Part shown: positions 15,272 to 29,049 of the stretch, piece by piece
Numbering within the stretch: the stretch's first letter is position 1
How the letters are laid out: the number at the start of each line of letters is the position of its first letter
Assembly: GCF_009914755.1 (NCBI RefSeq)
Contig: NC_060939.1
Reading direction: 5' to 3' (one strand)
Length of the DNA: 64,000 nt
Source of the DNA: the human T2T-CHM13v2.0 reference genome, Homo sapiens
The notes under the pieces: generated by a model
The model's database searches: none
The model's input: only the letters and a program-made list of their open reading frames with translations
Told to the model about the DNA's origin: nothing
Position numbers and translations under genes: made by a program

Positions 15272-15723
15272 TGCCGGGTCCATCTCGCAGATCCTGGCCG
15301 AGCAACAGATGAAAGGAGTACTCAGACACAGGTATGCAGTGTAAGAGCAGCTAGGGGACGGCCAAAGAGTGAGCAGTCCTGATAAGCTGGAGCTGCTTGC
15401 TTTTATTCAGTATAGATATAATGCCAAAGCCTGGAGCCAACACAATCTTATGTTAATGTGGGTAATTAATATTATTGTTTCCCCTTATAGGGAGCAGTCA
15501 CACACAGATGATCAAAAGTGAGTTTCTAGACAACATGAGTAAACAAGCCTATTTAGATAAATTCCCCCACTCCCTTGTACCTACTCCTCGCCCTCTGCCT
15601 CAGGGTAAGAGAACAGCTGCCTTCAGCTTCTTCTCCCCTGAAACTTTGCAGAACCTTCCGACCTTTCAGAAGTCCTGCTCCTTTCCCTATAGCTTCTTCT
15701 ACCACTCTATCCACTCCTCCACA
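15272..15723 (-). mobile_element. Solo ERVK LTR, LTR22-like (HERV-K HML-5)
   Basis: Minus strand starts TGTGGAGGAG..GCTATAGGGAAAGGAGCAGG..CTGAAGGCAGCTGTTCTCTTACCCTGAGGCAGAGGGCGAGGAGTAGGTACAAGG and ends GGACCCGGCA; TG..CA termini; AATAAA at 15402-15407 (minus); matches recalled LTR22 consensus. Confidence 0.75.
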
Positions 15724-16299
15724 TCAGGCTGGGGATTGTTGGACCTTAGATTTTATGTACATTTTGAAAGAGCAGTCCTAGGATTTTGATTTCTCCTGTG
15801 GAGACTTGCTTTTTTTTTTTTTTAATCCAAAGATCATGTGAGGATGAATATGCAGCCCTGTCGTCTCCTATTGCTGATAGGCGGGATTTTTCCTTATCTA
15901 GCTTTGCTCTGAGGCTGCAGACTCCTGTGGTCCTGGCTTTACAGAAGTGTCTCTGGTCCAGCTTCTTGCCTCATGCCATCCTGAAGCTTCATTTCCTGAC
16001 CCATGTGGCCATAAAGACCTCACCTCTAGAATGCCAGGCTCAGTTCTCCCTTCTACGTCTTACCCAAGCATCAGTAACATCAACTCTGCCATTTATGATC
16101 TATGGGATCCTTGAGTAAATCATTTAATCCAAAAGCTCCTTCTCCTCTTTTTTGCCTTGTTAACTCTAACTTTTCCTTTAAGGTGATAACTCCAATATCA
16201 CCTCCTTCAGGAAGCCTTCCCAGATTCCACCAGCTCCATCTCCCATGGCTTCCAGACTCACACTTCTGATCCTTCACCCTACTGTGGAGTGGCATGGTG

Positions 16300-17900
16300 T
16301 GGCCAGGACACCACAAGCTCCTCGATCTTCCCAAGAATAACAGTGAGGCAAAGAGAAAGGGAGGTAATGAAGGAGCAGCAGATAGGGCCAGCTTGGAGGG
16401 CCTGAATGCCAGGGAAGAAGTCAAATTTTTGCTGTCGGTGATGCTACTTCATTGAAGTTATTTAAGATTGGGATGTGGAGGGTCATTCCATCAGATGTCC
16501 ACTTTTGAACTGTTATTCTGCCTGCTGGAAAACAGGAAAACAGCCAAGAAGCTGGGTGGCCAGTTTGGGGGTAATTTTACAGTCCAGGTGTGTGATGGTG
16601 GGCCTTGAGCAATGGCAGCTTGGGGATGGAGGGTGGGGGCAGATTTGTGAAATACTCAGGGAGCAAACATCCAAAAGTCTTGATGGTGTGGAGGGGCCAA
16701 GAATGCCAGACATTCGAACCTCCCAAGAGCAACTGCAGCCTTACTTCTCTCTCCTGCTCCCTTAACCATCCTCAGGGCCCCTCCTGGGTGCTCCCAGCAC
16801 CCTCAGAGCACCAATACACCGAGTGTTTTGGGTAGGAAGTCTAAGAAAGGCTACACAAGCTGAGGCTTCAGAGAGGAGGACTTGGCTCCTGCCTCTGTGG
16901 TCTCCTGGAGGGGCCTCCTCGAATAAATGTATTCATCCTTCTCCTACCTGTGCCTGGGTGCTTGGCTTGTATGTTTCAAGATGGTTTGAATTTTTTCAAA
17001 AAATTAAAATTCTCTGACAGGCGAGCCAATCCCGGTGAATGACCACACAGTGAAAGGTGACAAGGGCTTCTTTCACGGGCCCCAGCTGCACTGAGCAGGC
17101 TGGGCGGCTGGAGGGAGCTCTCCATGAATCAGCCTATGTTAGAAGGTCAGTCTCTTGAAGCTTTGCTCTGCCCCAGGGCGTCTGATTGAACAGAGGCAGC
17201 AGCATATATGATGACACGTGGCAGGGGAATCTGTGTTGTCTTGAGTGACAGACTCTCCCTTCCGTGATTACTGATTTAAGTTATACATTCAACCAACTCT
17301 GTTGTGTCCATGTTCTGCCAGGGACTGTTCTAGCCCTAGAGACCCAGTGGTGAGAGCAGAAACCAGGTGCCAGATGACAAATACATCAACAAGCACCATA
17401 ACAAGGTAACTGTGGGTGGTGATAAGCACTACAAGCGAAACAAAACAGGGTCTTGGGATGGACAGTGGTGGGAGGATGTTACTTTGGGAAGGGTCCCTCT
17501 GTAGAGGTGACATTTCAGCTGAGAGCAGAAGGGCGAGAAAGAGGTGGCCATTTCCCAAGCAGAAGGAACAGCTTGTGCAAAAGCTTTGAGGAGGGAACAA
17601 GCTGGCCACGCAGAAGAGAGCTGTGGGATTCGGAGAGCTAAGTGTGTCCATGGAAACAATGAGCATCGGCGATCGAATGCGACAGGAAGTGAGTGAGCCC
17701 AATACGTGTGGCTCCATGGTTCCCCAGTGATAGGCAACCAAGACAGCAAAAGGTCTGGAGATGGAGGCAAATTTGAGGTATGAACTGAGGGAGGCTTTAT
17801 TTATTCATTGATTAAACAACCATTTACCAAGTGCTTACTGTGTGCCAAGCATTAGAGACTTAACAAGCCAAGCCCAGCTCCTGCTCTTAAAGGGAGCACC
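16300..17900 (-). mobile_element. L2 fragments (discontinuous)
   Basis: Antisense L2 3' motifs, e.g. tttattcattgattaaacaaccatttaccaagtgcttactgtgtgccaag; gaggtgacatttcagctgag. Confidence 0.6.
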
Positions 17901-18404
17901 TAGCTTAATGCAGAGACACTTAGGCTAGAGAATGTGATAGGAGGAGACCCAAGCTCTGCAGAGGACTCTCCAGTATAAAACAGATTGGGTTTGCTTCTGT
18001 GCCACTCCAGAGAGGACGAGCACCCCCCAGGGATGAAAGTTGCCTGAAAACGAGATGGGCTGCCATGCAAGATAATGTTGTTGGAGCCTTCCAAGCCAAT
18101 GCTGGTGACTACTCATGAGGGATGTTGTGGATTGATGGTTCTCAAATGTTGTTCCATGGAACACTGGTCTCTCAAGAGGCTCCATGAAGAAAGAGTTCCC
18201 TGATCATATAAGTTTGAGAAACACATCCTGCTATATTCTCCTTTCGGTAATTTGATAATGCATTTGAGATCCCAGGGAGTCCTGCAATATAAAAACCTGC
18301 TTAACTTTTTAGCCCAATGTTTCTCAGAAGTATTTTTCTCTGGAATTCCTTTATACTTAATGCTTGTTAATATCGAAATATCCTGCAGGCCTGGTAGGAT
18401 ACAG

Positions 18405-19048
18405 AGCAGAGCTTCTCAAACTGTCTGTGGTGAAGGATCAGGGTTTTGCTTGTTTTTCGTCTGTCATAAACCTATACTTTCTTAAAATAACACAAAAACG
18501 AATTACTAGAAAAAATAAAGACATGAAATACAAATCTAGATTTTTATTAGATTTAATTAACATAAGAAATACATTTCTGGCTGGGTACGGTGGCACACGC
18601 CTGATATCCCAGCACTTTGGGAGGCTGAGGAGGGCAGATTTCTTGGGCCCAGGAATTTGAGACCAGCCTGAGCAACATGGTGAAACCCTGTTTCTACAAA
18701 AAGTACAAAAATTAGCCAGGTATGGTGGCACCCATCTGTAGTCCCAGCTACTAGGGAGGGTGAAGTGGGAGGATCCCTGAGCCTGGGAGGTTGAGGCTGC
18801 AGTGAGCTATGATCATGCCACTGCACTCCAGCTGGGTGACAGAGTGAGACCCTGTCTCAAAAAAAATTACATTTCAATAAATAAAACCAGAACAAAAATA
18901 ACACGAACAAAGAAAATAATTACAAAACTGTACATGTTGTCCATTGAAAGTGTGTGTTTAGACAGTTTCTATAGAGAATTGCTATTACAGTCATATCTTT
19001 CCGTCATTCTGCAATCATAATGAAACAGTATTGGACAGGACTCACACT
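18405..19048. mobile_element. hAT-Charlie-like DNA transposon fossil split by an Alu
   Basis: Starts cagagcttctcaaactgtctgtggtgaaggatcag (Charlie-type terminus). Confidence 0.5.
18579..18866 (+). mobile_element. AluJ
   Basis: gaggttgaggctgcagtgagctatgatc; TSD aaatacatttc / aattacatttc. Confidence 0.93.
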
Positions 19049-19049
19049 T

Positions 19050-19735
19050 ATGTAGTCAATTGATTTTCAACAAAGTTGTCCATGCAATCCAGTGAGGAAA
19101 GACGAGTCTTTTCAACAAATGTTGCTGGAACTGAATATCCATGTGGCGAAAAAATAAACCTTGACCCATACCACATACCATGCACACAAATTAGTTCAAG
19201 ACGGATTACAGTCCTAAATGTAAATGTTAAAATTATAAAATTTCCAGAAGAAATACACAAGAATATATTCATGATTTGAGAGTAGGCAGAGGACACAGAC
19301 AGCAATAACCCTAACAGAAAAAAAAGATACATTATATTTCATTAAAATTAAAAGCTTCTGCTCACAAAAAGATACTTTTTTTTAAATTAAGACAGAGTCT
19401 CACTCTATTGCCCAGGCTGGAGTACAGTGGTGTGATCTAAGCTCACTGCAACCTCTGCCTCCTGGCTCAAGCGATCCTCCCACCTCAGCCTCTTGAGTAG
19501 CTGGGATTACAGGTGCGTGCCACCACGCCCGGATAATTTTTGTATGTTTAGTAGAGACAGGGTTTTGCCATGCTGGTCAGGCTGGTCTTGAACTCCTGAC
19601 CTCAAGTGATCTGACCGCCTCGGCCTCCAAAGGCGCTGGGATTATAGGCATGAGCCACAGCGCCCGGGCAAAAGACACTTCTAAGAAGATGAATAAGTGA
19701 GCCAGAGACCGGATAAAATTATCTGCAAAACATAT
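19050..19735 (+). mobile_element. Old L1M ORF2 fragment split by an Alu
   Basis: ORF 19076-19279 NLDPYHIPCTQISSRRITVLNVNVKIIKFPEE resembles L1 ORF2p [31 protein letters not shown]. Confidence 0.85.
19376..19669 (-). mobile_element. Alu (J/S)
   Basis: Antisense Alu; TSD aaaagatactt / aaaagacactt. Confidence 0.93.
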
Positions 19736-20737
19736 ATCTTAGGTGTAGGTAAACAGGTGAGTAAACTTATCTCACTCTCAGGGCTCACATTTGCAGTACT
19801 GCCCCAGTGCCAGAGGCTTCCAAATAGGCAACAGCATCCCCTTGGGGCACGGCTGACACGTCTGAGTCCTAACAGTGACACCCGATATTCATCATCATGG
19901 TCCCCTTTTGTTTATATGACTGAAGTAGTTTGGGAACCCCATTGTATGACCCTACATGGAAAGTGACTATTGAAACCTTTGGGAAGGTGGATTGCTATTG
20001 CATTCTCCAACATGCAGACTAAAACCCTTTCTAGAGAGTTGACTGTGGTCTGGGGAGTGCACCCTGAACAAGTGAGAGTTTCCTTCCTGACCCAGGGCCT
20101 GCTGGAGGGTCGGGGGTAACTTGCCACAACAAGCAGCAAGGGGCAGGGAGAAGTGAGTCTTGTCTGTGTAGACAAAGAGAGGGAGCCATCAAGACAAAGA
20201 ATCTGTCAGGGACAGGGCATCCCGGCCTGATATACTGCAGTAAGCATCTGGGACTTAGTGGGAAGCCATTATGGAGTTGTAATCAGGAAAGTAACAAGAG
20301 TTTCTCCCAGTATTGGAAAGTGGCAGATTCCAATCAGGGATGTTCCAGAAAGTGAGAAGGGGACCTTGAGCTCCAACACTCTCTTTTTTTTCTTTTTATA
20401 ATTTTTTATCTCTAGTCACTCACTGTGGTAGCAAACACACTTTTACTGTAACCAGGTCATATGTCTGTTGTCAGTAGGTCCAACCTAAGAACTGAGTTGC
20501 CCATTTTAACTTCACAATGACCGTGAGGCAGAAGAGATGAGGGGCCACAATCCTTGTGTGAGGTGGAGAAATGGCCCCTGTAGATGGGTGAGAAACATGG
20601 AGTTTCCTGCAGAATAAGGACCAGCAAACAGGGAGTGCCTTTTCCCTCTTCTGTGACCCCAATTGTCTTTGCACATTTGTTGTAGTAGTTTGAACAGAAC
20701 AGAGGGGCTAAATGCTAACCAACGATGTGACAGCTGC

Positions 20738-20935
20738 ATTTATTAAGCACCCACTACATGCTAGGCACTGTTTTAAGCACTCAGCATACATTATCTCTTT
20801 TAATCCTCACTCACAATAGCCCTGTGAGACAGGGAATATCTTATCCTCATTTTACAGATGAGGAAATGGAAGCCCAGGTAAGTTTAATAACTTACACAAA
20901 GTCACATAGCTGGTGAGTGAAGGAGGAATCTTCAA
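20738..20935 (-). mobile_element. MIR
   Basis: taatcctcac..cattttacagatgaggaaatggaagcccag..aaagtcacatagct. Confidence 0.85.
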
Positions 20936-22022
20936 ACAGGAATAGTGAAGCCAGAGGGGGGTGACAGTGCCGCCACTACTGGTACCAGTCTGGTGCCCCA
21001 CCTAAGAAGAATGTTAACATGCTCACATTTTCCAGAGAAGGTGGAGATCCTAGAAACCATCCAGTATCCTTGAGGGACACATGAGAAACTGGAAAAGAAA
21101 CATTCCAAGACGGCATGTGAAGAAGGAGAGGGGGTCAATATAGTCTGTGTTTCTCAAAATGGTGGCACCAGGGTGGATGTTACGGGCAGTGGATGAGCTA
21201 TCTATTGCAGTGTAACAAATTACTCTAAAACTCAATGGCGGGATTAGGTGACTTGCTCAAGAGCATACAGCCAAGCAAAGCCCGGACCAGAACCTGACCC
21301 CCAGAACTCAGCCAACTTCTCCTCCTACTTTCGCACCTCTGACAACTCTGGAAAAGATCTTTCCCTCTGCTAGGGTAGGGAAGAGGTGCCTGAGCAAATC
21401 ACAGTTGACAGTGTACAGTCAAGATACAATGGGCAGAATAAATACGCAGGGATCCTGTAAGCAACCAGCATCCAGCTCAGCCCTGGGAAATTTAATGCAA
21501 GGTGAGAGTGCCCCCAAATAATGACCTGTGTAGCCTCTTTATATGCACTGAGATCTGATGGGGTAATAAGATAGGTCAGGCATTTGTACGGCAGAGAATC
21601 CACGCCTCAGAGGACACCCCATGGAAAGCCTCTATATCTCTGTAAGTCCATGAGCATGCACCTTGACAGTGAAATGCCATCTTCACCACCTTGCCTTATG
21701 GCCCAATGTTTTGTTCCTTTGCCTCACTGTAGAGTGTCCCCAGAATATGGTGCACCCTGGGGTATCCCTTGCAGACATGACAGAGCCAGCCTGGCCTCCA
21801 GGACAAAGTGTGGTATAAAGGGTTCATGCCAGAGCTATTACTCAAACAAACCGCCAATCTGAGGGCCGGAATAGCAGCAATTATTTAAGTATTCTTGGAA
21901 ACCCTGAAATTTTCTTTCTCTTACTTAGGTCTGTACTAACTTTTTCCTCTGGGCTCCAGAACAGACTTGCAATTGTCAGCACAACTTCCCTCATTCCCCA
22001 CCCCCGCCCTTCCTCTAACACC

Positions 22023-22064
22023 ATGCGCGCGCACGCACAAACACACACACACACACACACACAC
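22023..22064. repeat. (CG)/(CA)n alternating purine-pyrimidine microsatellite
   Basis: atgcgcgcgcacgcacaa(ac)n. Confidence 0.95.
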
Positions 22065-23689
22065 GGAAAAGAAACCTGTGTGGGTAAGGGCTTCTATGGG
22101 TTTATAGAGAGCCCAGGATCCCAGGGAATTTGAGCCCTTCCTCTTGACACTTATTCCGTGTGGTAGGTTCCAGTTTCCCTACAAGATGCAGCCGGTGGTG
22201 GAGCCAGTGTTGTTGGAGTTGGGGATGTGGCTGGAGAAGAGATTCCTCTTCAAAGGGCTCAAGCCCCTGGAAAAGTGGCCCCCCAAATTCTGCTAGACAT
22301 AGTTCTTTGCCCACATTGGATCCGGAGAGCATCCTTGGACTCCAGGGCCAGTAGGCGGTGCCCTTGTGTCTGTCACCCAACGTGGTGGAGACACGCTCCT
22401 ATGTCTACCTGAGCCCCAACACCAAGGTGCCTCTTTGGAGTAGCCCCTGATGGCTGTGGCTGCCACCTAGAACCAGCGACTCCAGAAGAAGCCGCCCCAT
22501 TTCTCCCTCCAACATCTGCCTAAGCAAGAGAGGGCTCTGCTGGTGACTGTCATCATGTCCCACGGCTTTTACCTGGGGTCTCCAGTGACATCACTCCCCA
22601 CCCCCACCGCCCCTGGCTCACCCGCTTTCCAGTAATCATGCCCAGAGCACCCGTGCTAATTCAAACAAGACGTGGACTTTCATGTTAAAGCAGCCTTCAG
22701 CTGAGAGGCGACGCCTGCTTCTGGAAAATGTTAACGCTTTCCTGTTGGACGCCAAGCCCGCTTGGAACTGAGCTTCAAACGAAACCTCATCTGTAAAATG
22801 AGGGGGTTGGACGATCCCAGAGAGCCATTCTGGCTCTGACGGTTTATGCCACTGTGAAAAGAAAACCCGATGGAGCCCCGTGTGTGGGAGTCGAGGGCTA
22901 CTTCTGGTTGGCAATGGTGTGGTCACAAATAAAGTGGTTGTGAATCAGTTTTTATTTTAAGCCTTGCAGCTGATAGATTAATTTCTATTTTATGGGCCAT
23001 ACTTTCTGCATAATTCCAAGAAAATCACTGCATCAGAGGCTCCACTGACATCACCAACCACCAGATAGGAGGCCCCAGCCATGCAACCCTCAGGCCCAGT
23101 CGCTATGGGAAGACTTGGCTCCAGGTATACGGGAGGTTCTTATGCTGGGGGCCCCTGGTTGCTGTGGAGATGATGTTTCTCCCTCTCCATCCACCTTCAG
23201 GAGGTGTGAGCTTCAGAGGGTTTCCCACCTACCCTGCCCCCAGATTTAAATTTAATGGGTCCAGTCATGGGTGAGGCAAATCCATCATCCCTGAAGAGAT
23301 CTTAGAGGCAGACAAAGCTCTATTTTCTGGACAGCCAGGCAAACGGAATCTTGAGGGTTTGATTTTTACGGCCGTATAATTTTTGCTTGGAGGCTTGTTT
23401 GTTTGTTTGTTTCTTATGGAATTTCTCCATTTGGGGACAGTCTTCCTGAGACCTCCTAAGCTCTTTATTTGGAAAAAAAGAATTAAAAATATATTTTTTG
23501 TTAAACACGTAGAGGAGAGAGGCTTATAGTCATTTCAATTGGGAGGCCAAAACCACTGAATAGAGGAATGTGTTTAGAGGAGACCAGCCAGGAATTAGAT
23601 GAACCACAGTGAAGACCAGCAGACGATTTCTAAATTGACAAAGCAAGGAGCTCTCTCTTTGTACTAACGGGCTCAATTATTTAGAGTTC

Positions 23690-24160
23690 TGGAGGCTCCA
23701 CATTGCAAGAGCTCTGAAAATTCACCTAGACCAACTACCCATTTGATGAGATCTCCTTTCCTTCAGTCCTGGCAATGCTCATGCATTCTCTCCTTCAATT
23801 CTATGTTGTTATAACTCAGTTGAAAAAAATCTTCTTAAGTTCTTAGACTGAGCTGAAATTGGCCTCTCTGTAACTTATATCTGCCACTGGCAGGTCTGTT
23901 CTCAGGAGGCCCACGTAGGGAAAAAGCCAAACCCTAGTCCAGGTTAGCTTGGACACACCTTTTGTTACAACCCTTCAAGTCTTTGCAGGCAGCTATCATG
24001 TGTCTCTCTCTTCTGGCGAATTCCCTCGGTTCTTTTCCCATTCATCGCCTGTGACATTTCCAGACCCTTCACCATCCTGGCCACTTGCCTCTGGGCATGT
24101 TCCAAATTGTCAGCTTCTCTCTTACACTGTGGCAGGGGCCCAGACATGATGCTTCCGAGT
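23690..24160 (-). mobile_element. L3/CR1 LINE 3' fragment
   Basis: Minus translation ADNLEHAQRQVARMVKGLEM matches the CR1 RT C-terminal motif LERVQRRATRMVKGLE. Confidence 0.75.
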
Positions 24161-27100
24161 GCTGTGTTGATGGCCTCATGGACGTAAGGACACGCCCAAG
24201 CCCAAAGCTGCAAAGCCACATTCAGATGTCACACCAGAAACTGGCTATGGGAGTACATCCTGCCCCGTTGTGTAGGATAATCTTCAAACAGCTGGCAAAC
24301 ACTGTAGAGCGTGTTGTCTACCATGAGACCCACATGCCATAGATCCTTAAATGTGTCAGGTTATAATTGGAAATGATTTCTTTTTCATTCAACAAATACT
24401 TAGTATTAATCTTCTAAGATCCTCTCACCGATCATAAAGGAAAGGCCGTGGAGATGTGACAATGGCTCAGAAGGATATTACATTGAATGATCTACAAAAG
24501 CCTGATTGGCCCAGGTGTGCAGGTTCTAAGCAACTTTGGAAGAACTCTGCTTAGATCAAAACAGCATAGCCACAGATGATTTGAGGTGTGAGGAAATGTA
24601 TGGAAGCTTGACTTCATATCCCTTGGTTTACAGATAGGCAACTGAACTCCAGAACCTGTCATTCATCCACTTAGCCATTCATCTGTCCATCCTTTCAGCA
24701 AATGTATTTATTGAGCAGCTACTATGTATAAGATAATGTTGAGTTAGGGAGAGTGCAATGGAAACAGCAGTACAAGATAAGGAGTGATAAGTAACTCACT
24801 AATGTTGGATAAAGAGCTCTGGTTGAGTGATCTGGCTGGTTAGCACCAGAGCAAGAACCAGAAACTAGATCTTCTAACATATAGCACAGAATTCTTTCTT
24901 ACTATCACTAGCAAGTGATACATGATGCATGATAGAGCCCGTGCTCTATTTCCAGGGACCCTGTCCTGAGACAATCCTATTTAGACATTTCAGGCTATAT
25001 GACTGTAAGTGGCAAATGTGATGGCTGGATACAATCAGTGTTTCACCCGTGCAAAGCAAGATGCCTCAACAATCTAGAGGGAACATAGACAATCCTTCCT
25101 TAGTCCCTTCAATCATGACTTCCCCTTGTCAACAGTTTACCAAAATTCTCTCCTGGGATTCACCAGACAGCAAGTCCAGTTTGTTTTTTTCCATTTTCCT
25201 TCCCTTTGAGCGCCACAAGAGTTGAGGGTAATGCCCTTCTCCACGGGTTCTCCGGAGGCTTCATGCTTCCCTTTCCACTGCCCTCATGTCCCTTATCAGC
25301 TCCTAAACCGTGAACACCCTCAAGGATCTACCTGCCTTCATTCCCCTTCTTTTGCTTTAATATCTCTCCTTTGAGGACTGACACATTCGTAGAACCTTCA
25401 CTATCATCTCTATGTATTGAAATTTCCAAATCTATATGCACATCTAGACAAGGGTCCCTCTCCCAATCTCTAGCTGCAAGCCAGATGTTTCCCCAGCTTT
25501 CCTTCCCTGGCTTCAAACTCAACAGGTCTCAAACCAAGTCATCGTTGCCTGATCTCCACTCCCCTCCATCTCCTTCCCCAACCCGCAACTGGCAGCTATC
25601 CCTTTCAGGCTCGTTCTCTTAGTTCATCAGGCTCAAAACACGGACATAAAGCTTAGTTTCTCTCTCTTGTTTATATAAGTTATTCATCTAGAAAAAGTCA
25701 CTAGGGATTCTTCCCTCAGATCAGTTTAATTTTATCCCTCCATCCATCCTTCCATCCTTTCCAGAACACTCCACTTTACTCTGGGATGAGTAGGTCACGT
25801 TCCAGGGAAGCCAGAGCCCTGTTCTCAAGCCCAGAACAAGATCTTATCTCAGCTAAGCTTGCTGGCACAGGCAGCTGTGCCCAGCCTGGGTGTTCCAGGC
25901 CTCTCACAGACCACCCCCAACCCCTTGCCCACCCTTCTTTCACCGGTGAGTACAAGACCATCACCAACAGCAAGTGCTGGGCCATGCTGGCACACAAAGA
26001 GCTCTCCCCTTGCTGGGGAGCAGACGGCACTCTTTCTCCTCCGGATGGGTCCTCTCTCTCCTGTGACACATTGAGCCATAAGCTGAAATCAGATCCAGTT
26101 TTACAATGGACAGCTGGGAGCTCAGCGCTCTCCAGAGCTCAGCACCCTCCAGCCCCTGCCCATGCAGTCCATTCCCAACCCCTTCCTCTGTAGCCTCACC
26201 TCCCCACCCTCTACCTCTACCCCAAATGTCGGCACCAAGACCTCCTCTACGGTTCTTTTCAAAGAGGGGAAGGGATGAGGGGGCTATAGATCAGCCCAAC
26301 ATCGTTCACCTCCCCAGGAGGATGGATGCAAATGCCCAGGAGAAAACTCTTTTTAGACAGCATGGGGGCACATGGAGCGACCAGCATCCCAGCATAATCA
26401 GGTGCCTGTGTTAGGTTTGTCAGTCTGAACCCAGTTATATGAATATCTGCATCCAGGTTCCTGGATTTTCCAGAAAGTCTGAACTGAGAAGACCCTCAAA
26501 AACCAACCAATGCAATCCACCATTGTGCAGATGGGAGAGCCAAGGTTCAGTGATTTCTCAAGGTGACTCAGGGAGACAGACGCAGAGCTGAACTAGAAGG
26601 CAGAGGGCCAGCCAAGGGCTGGGATAGCTGCAGTGAGCTCACTCCCACTGAGATCAAGACCCCATGGCAGCCAGGGTTTCTGGGGCTTCCCAGCACCTCC
26701 AAATTGGGGTCAGAGAAGCTCTGCTCTGGAGGTGAGGAAGGAAGGGCTGAGGGAGTATGGAAAATCCAGTGAGAGGCAGCCCATGCTTGGCCCTGGGGGC
26801 CTGACACACAGGAGAGGCAAGGAATAGCCCAGCAAGAACTTGAAATTCATGTTCCCTACCAGGGACCTGATCATCTGGGAAGCCAGCCAATTTTGAGGAA
26901 GGACCCCTTCCAGGCCTCTCTGCTGACTCCAGGGATGCCTGGCCAGGATGTAGCCCTCCCCTGCCCATGGCTACCAGGGACACAGCCCCCCTGTCTGCTT
27001 GCCTACACCTCTTGGGCCCAGACATGCTCAGGATGCAGGCATCCTTTGCCAAGGGCCCTTGGAGGTCCAGAAAATCCCAGAGCACTGACAAATAAAGAAA

Positions 27101-29049
27101 AGTCAAAACAGGGTTACAAAAATCAGGGTGCCTTTAAAATATTTCCCATGAAATATTTTAATACTCTGCACACACACAAATGCACACGCTCATACTCACT
27201 CACACAAAACCTAAGGAAACATAACTGTGTTATTCACAAAATAATCATAGGGATTGTATAAATATTAATTCAGAGGTCCCGTAGGCGATGTGGCCTAGCA
27301 ATGAACATGAATTTAAAGTTGTCTGATGAAGGTTTCCTTCAGCCGGTCTCCGTGGCTGGATGTGAAACCTCCCTCAGAGGTAACATCACGGTTTAAATGT
27401 GAGGCCCTTTGAGAATGAGAGGCTGGGACAAAGTGGCTCTCTTGTGTCCCATGCCCACCCCCTTGGCTGGTTCCTCTCTTGAGTGTGCAGCCTGAGGGAT
27501 CCTACTTGAAGGTGAGCAGGGACCCTCAGAGAATAGGTCTCAAACAGCTGTCCCTGCGCCCCCCACCCCAAGAGGTATAGGCAAGTATAGGTATAGTCCC
27601 CCACACACAGCCCCAGGCCCTGTGCCTCAGGGAGATGGGGGGAGCCAGGCTCCTCTAAGGGATGGTACAGGAGCCTAGGGCTGCCTGTGGGCCTCCAGGC
27701 CAGTGCTGAATGGGGCCTTTTTATATCATACCACCTGGGAGGGGATGTAATCCCTCCCCAGCCACATGGAGCCCACTGAATCCAGGCGGCACCACACACT
27801 GTTCACACAGCTCAGGAAACAAAATAAATATATTCTCCCTCAAAGACCCTACAATGTGGCTTTTTCATGGGCGGGCATCAGGAACAACCCCCTCCCTCCA
27901 CCTGGCCCAGGGGTGCCTGTCCCTGGCTGGCTCCTTCCTGGGACTCAGGGTCCACTTGACCCAGTCCAGCCCTCCCTGCCCACTTTCTGGTCATGGCTCG
28001 GTATGGACAGTGGCCCTGTGGGTGGGTATTGGGCAGAGCCTGTAAGTGTCCTGGGAAAGGTGGAGGCAAGAGATAAATCTAATATCAGCCTCCTACTATG
28101 TGTCAGGCAAGCCAAGAGACCACTGAGGACAAACCTTAATGGATTAAAGCCATCTGCAGATTAGATTTGGCAAGGCTAAGACTTTAGGTCAACTGCATAG
28201 TTGGGGGAGCTTCTCAGTGCTCTCTGACTCCTCTATCACCCCTGTCCTAAAATGTCCTATGCCCATGTGTCATCTAGGAAGTTTCAGGAGAATGTCAACC
28301 ATCCCTGACAGGACTCACCCTGTACTTTGCCCCACTCCCATCACAGCCAAGCCAAAGCATCTGTGGCTCTCCACCATGCCCCCTTGCCTTTGATGGTACA
28401 GCTCCCTCTGGCGGGAACACCTGGTTCCTTTCCACTCTTCTCTCTCTAATATTGTGGGCGCACAGTTATAATAAACAGATAAAATTTAGGGAGGGCTTGC
28501 TCTGGGCCAAACACATGTGTGAAGTTGTGCATCCCTTCTTACAGGAAGCCTTCCCTGATTTCACCCAGCCTTGTGACTATCTGTCCAGGTGTCTCTCTTC
28601 AAGACTGAATGCAGAGGGCCTAGAGAGATATTGCCTCCTCCCCACCAATCTCTGAGTCCCTGGTGCATTTTCCAGAGACAGCCCCTAAGGAGTAGGTGAA
28701 TGTGGCCATCTCTGCCCCCACTAAGTACAGGTCATTTCTCTCATGTTGTTGCCTGTAATGCACCTTAAACTAATGCAAGCCCTGAGTCTTGCAGAGGCTC
28801 CTAGAGCCACACTCTAGAAGCCAGTATCTCAGCTGTGAAGCCTGGGCAAGTCACTTTACCATCTAAGCCTTGTTTTTTGCTTTATTTGCTTGGGCTTTTT
28901 TTTGTTTTTGGTTAGTTATTAATTTTCAGGTACAGAAAGTTAATTATATCCTTTTGATAGAATTATATGCTATCCTTAGAAAGGGTTCATTATACCCTTC
29001 AATTCAGGTATGTTATAATCATTAGTTAATGCAAAGCCCTCCTCTTATT

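Noticed and set aside
19754-19762. Consensus plus-strand donors (CAG|GTGAGT here; also at 25945 and ~38849)
   Set aside because: Not paired with a convincing acceptor and reading frame; a few such 9-mers are expected by chance in 64 kb.
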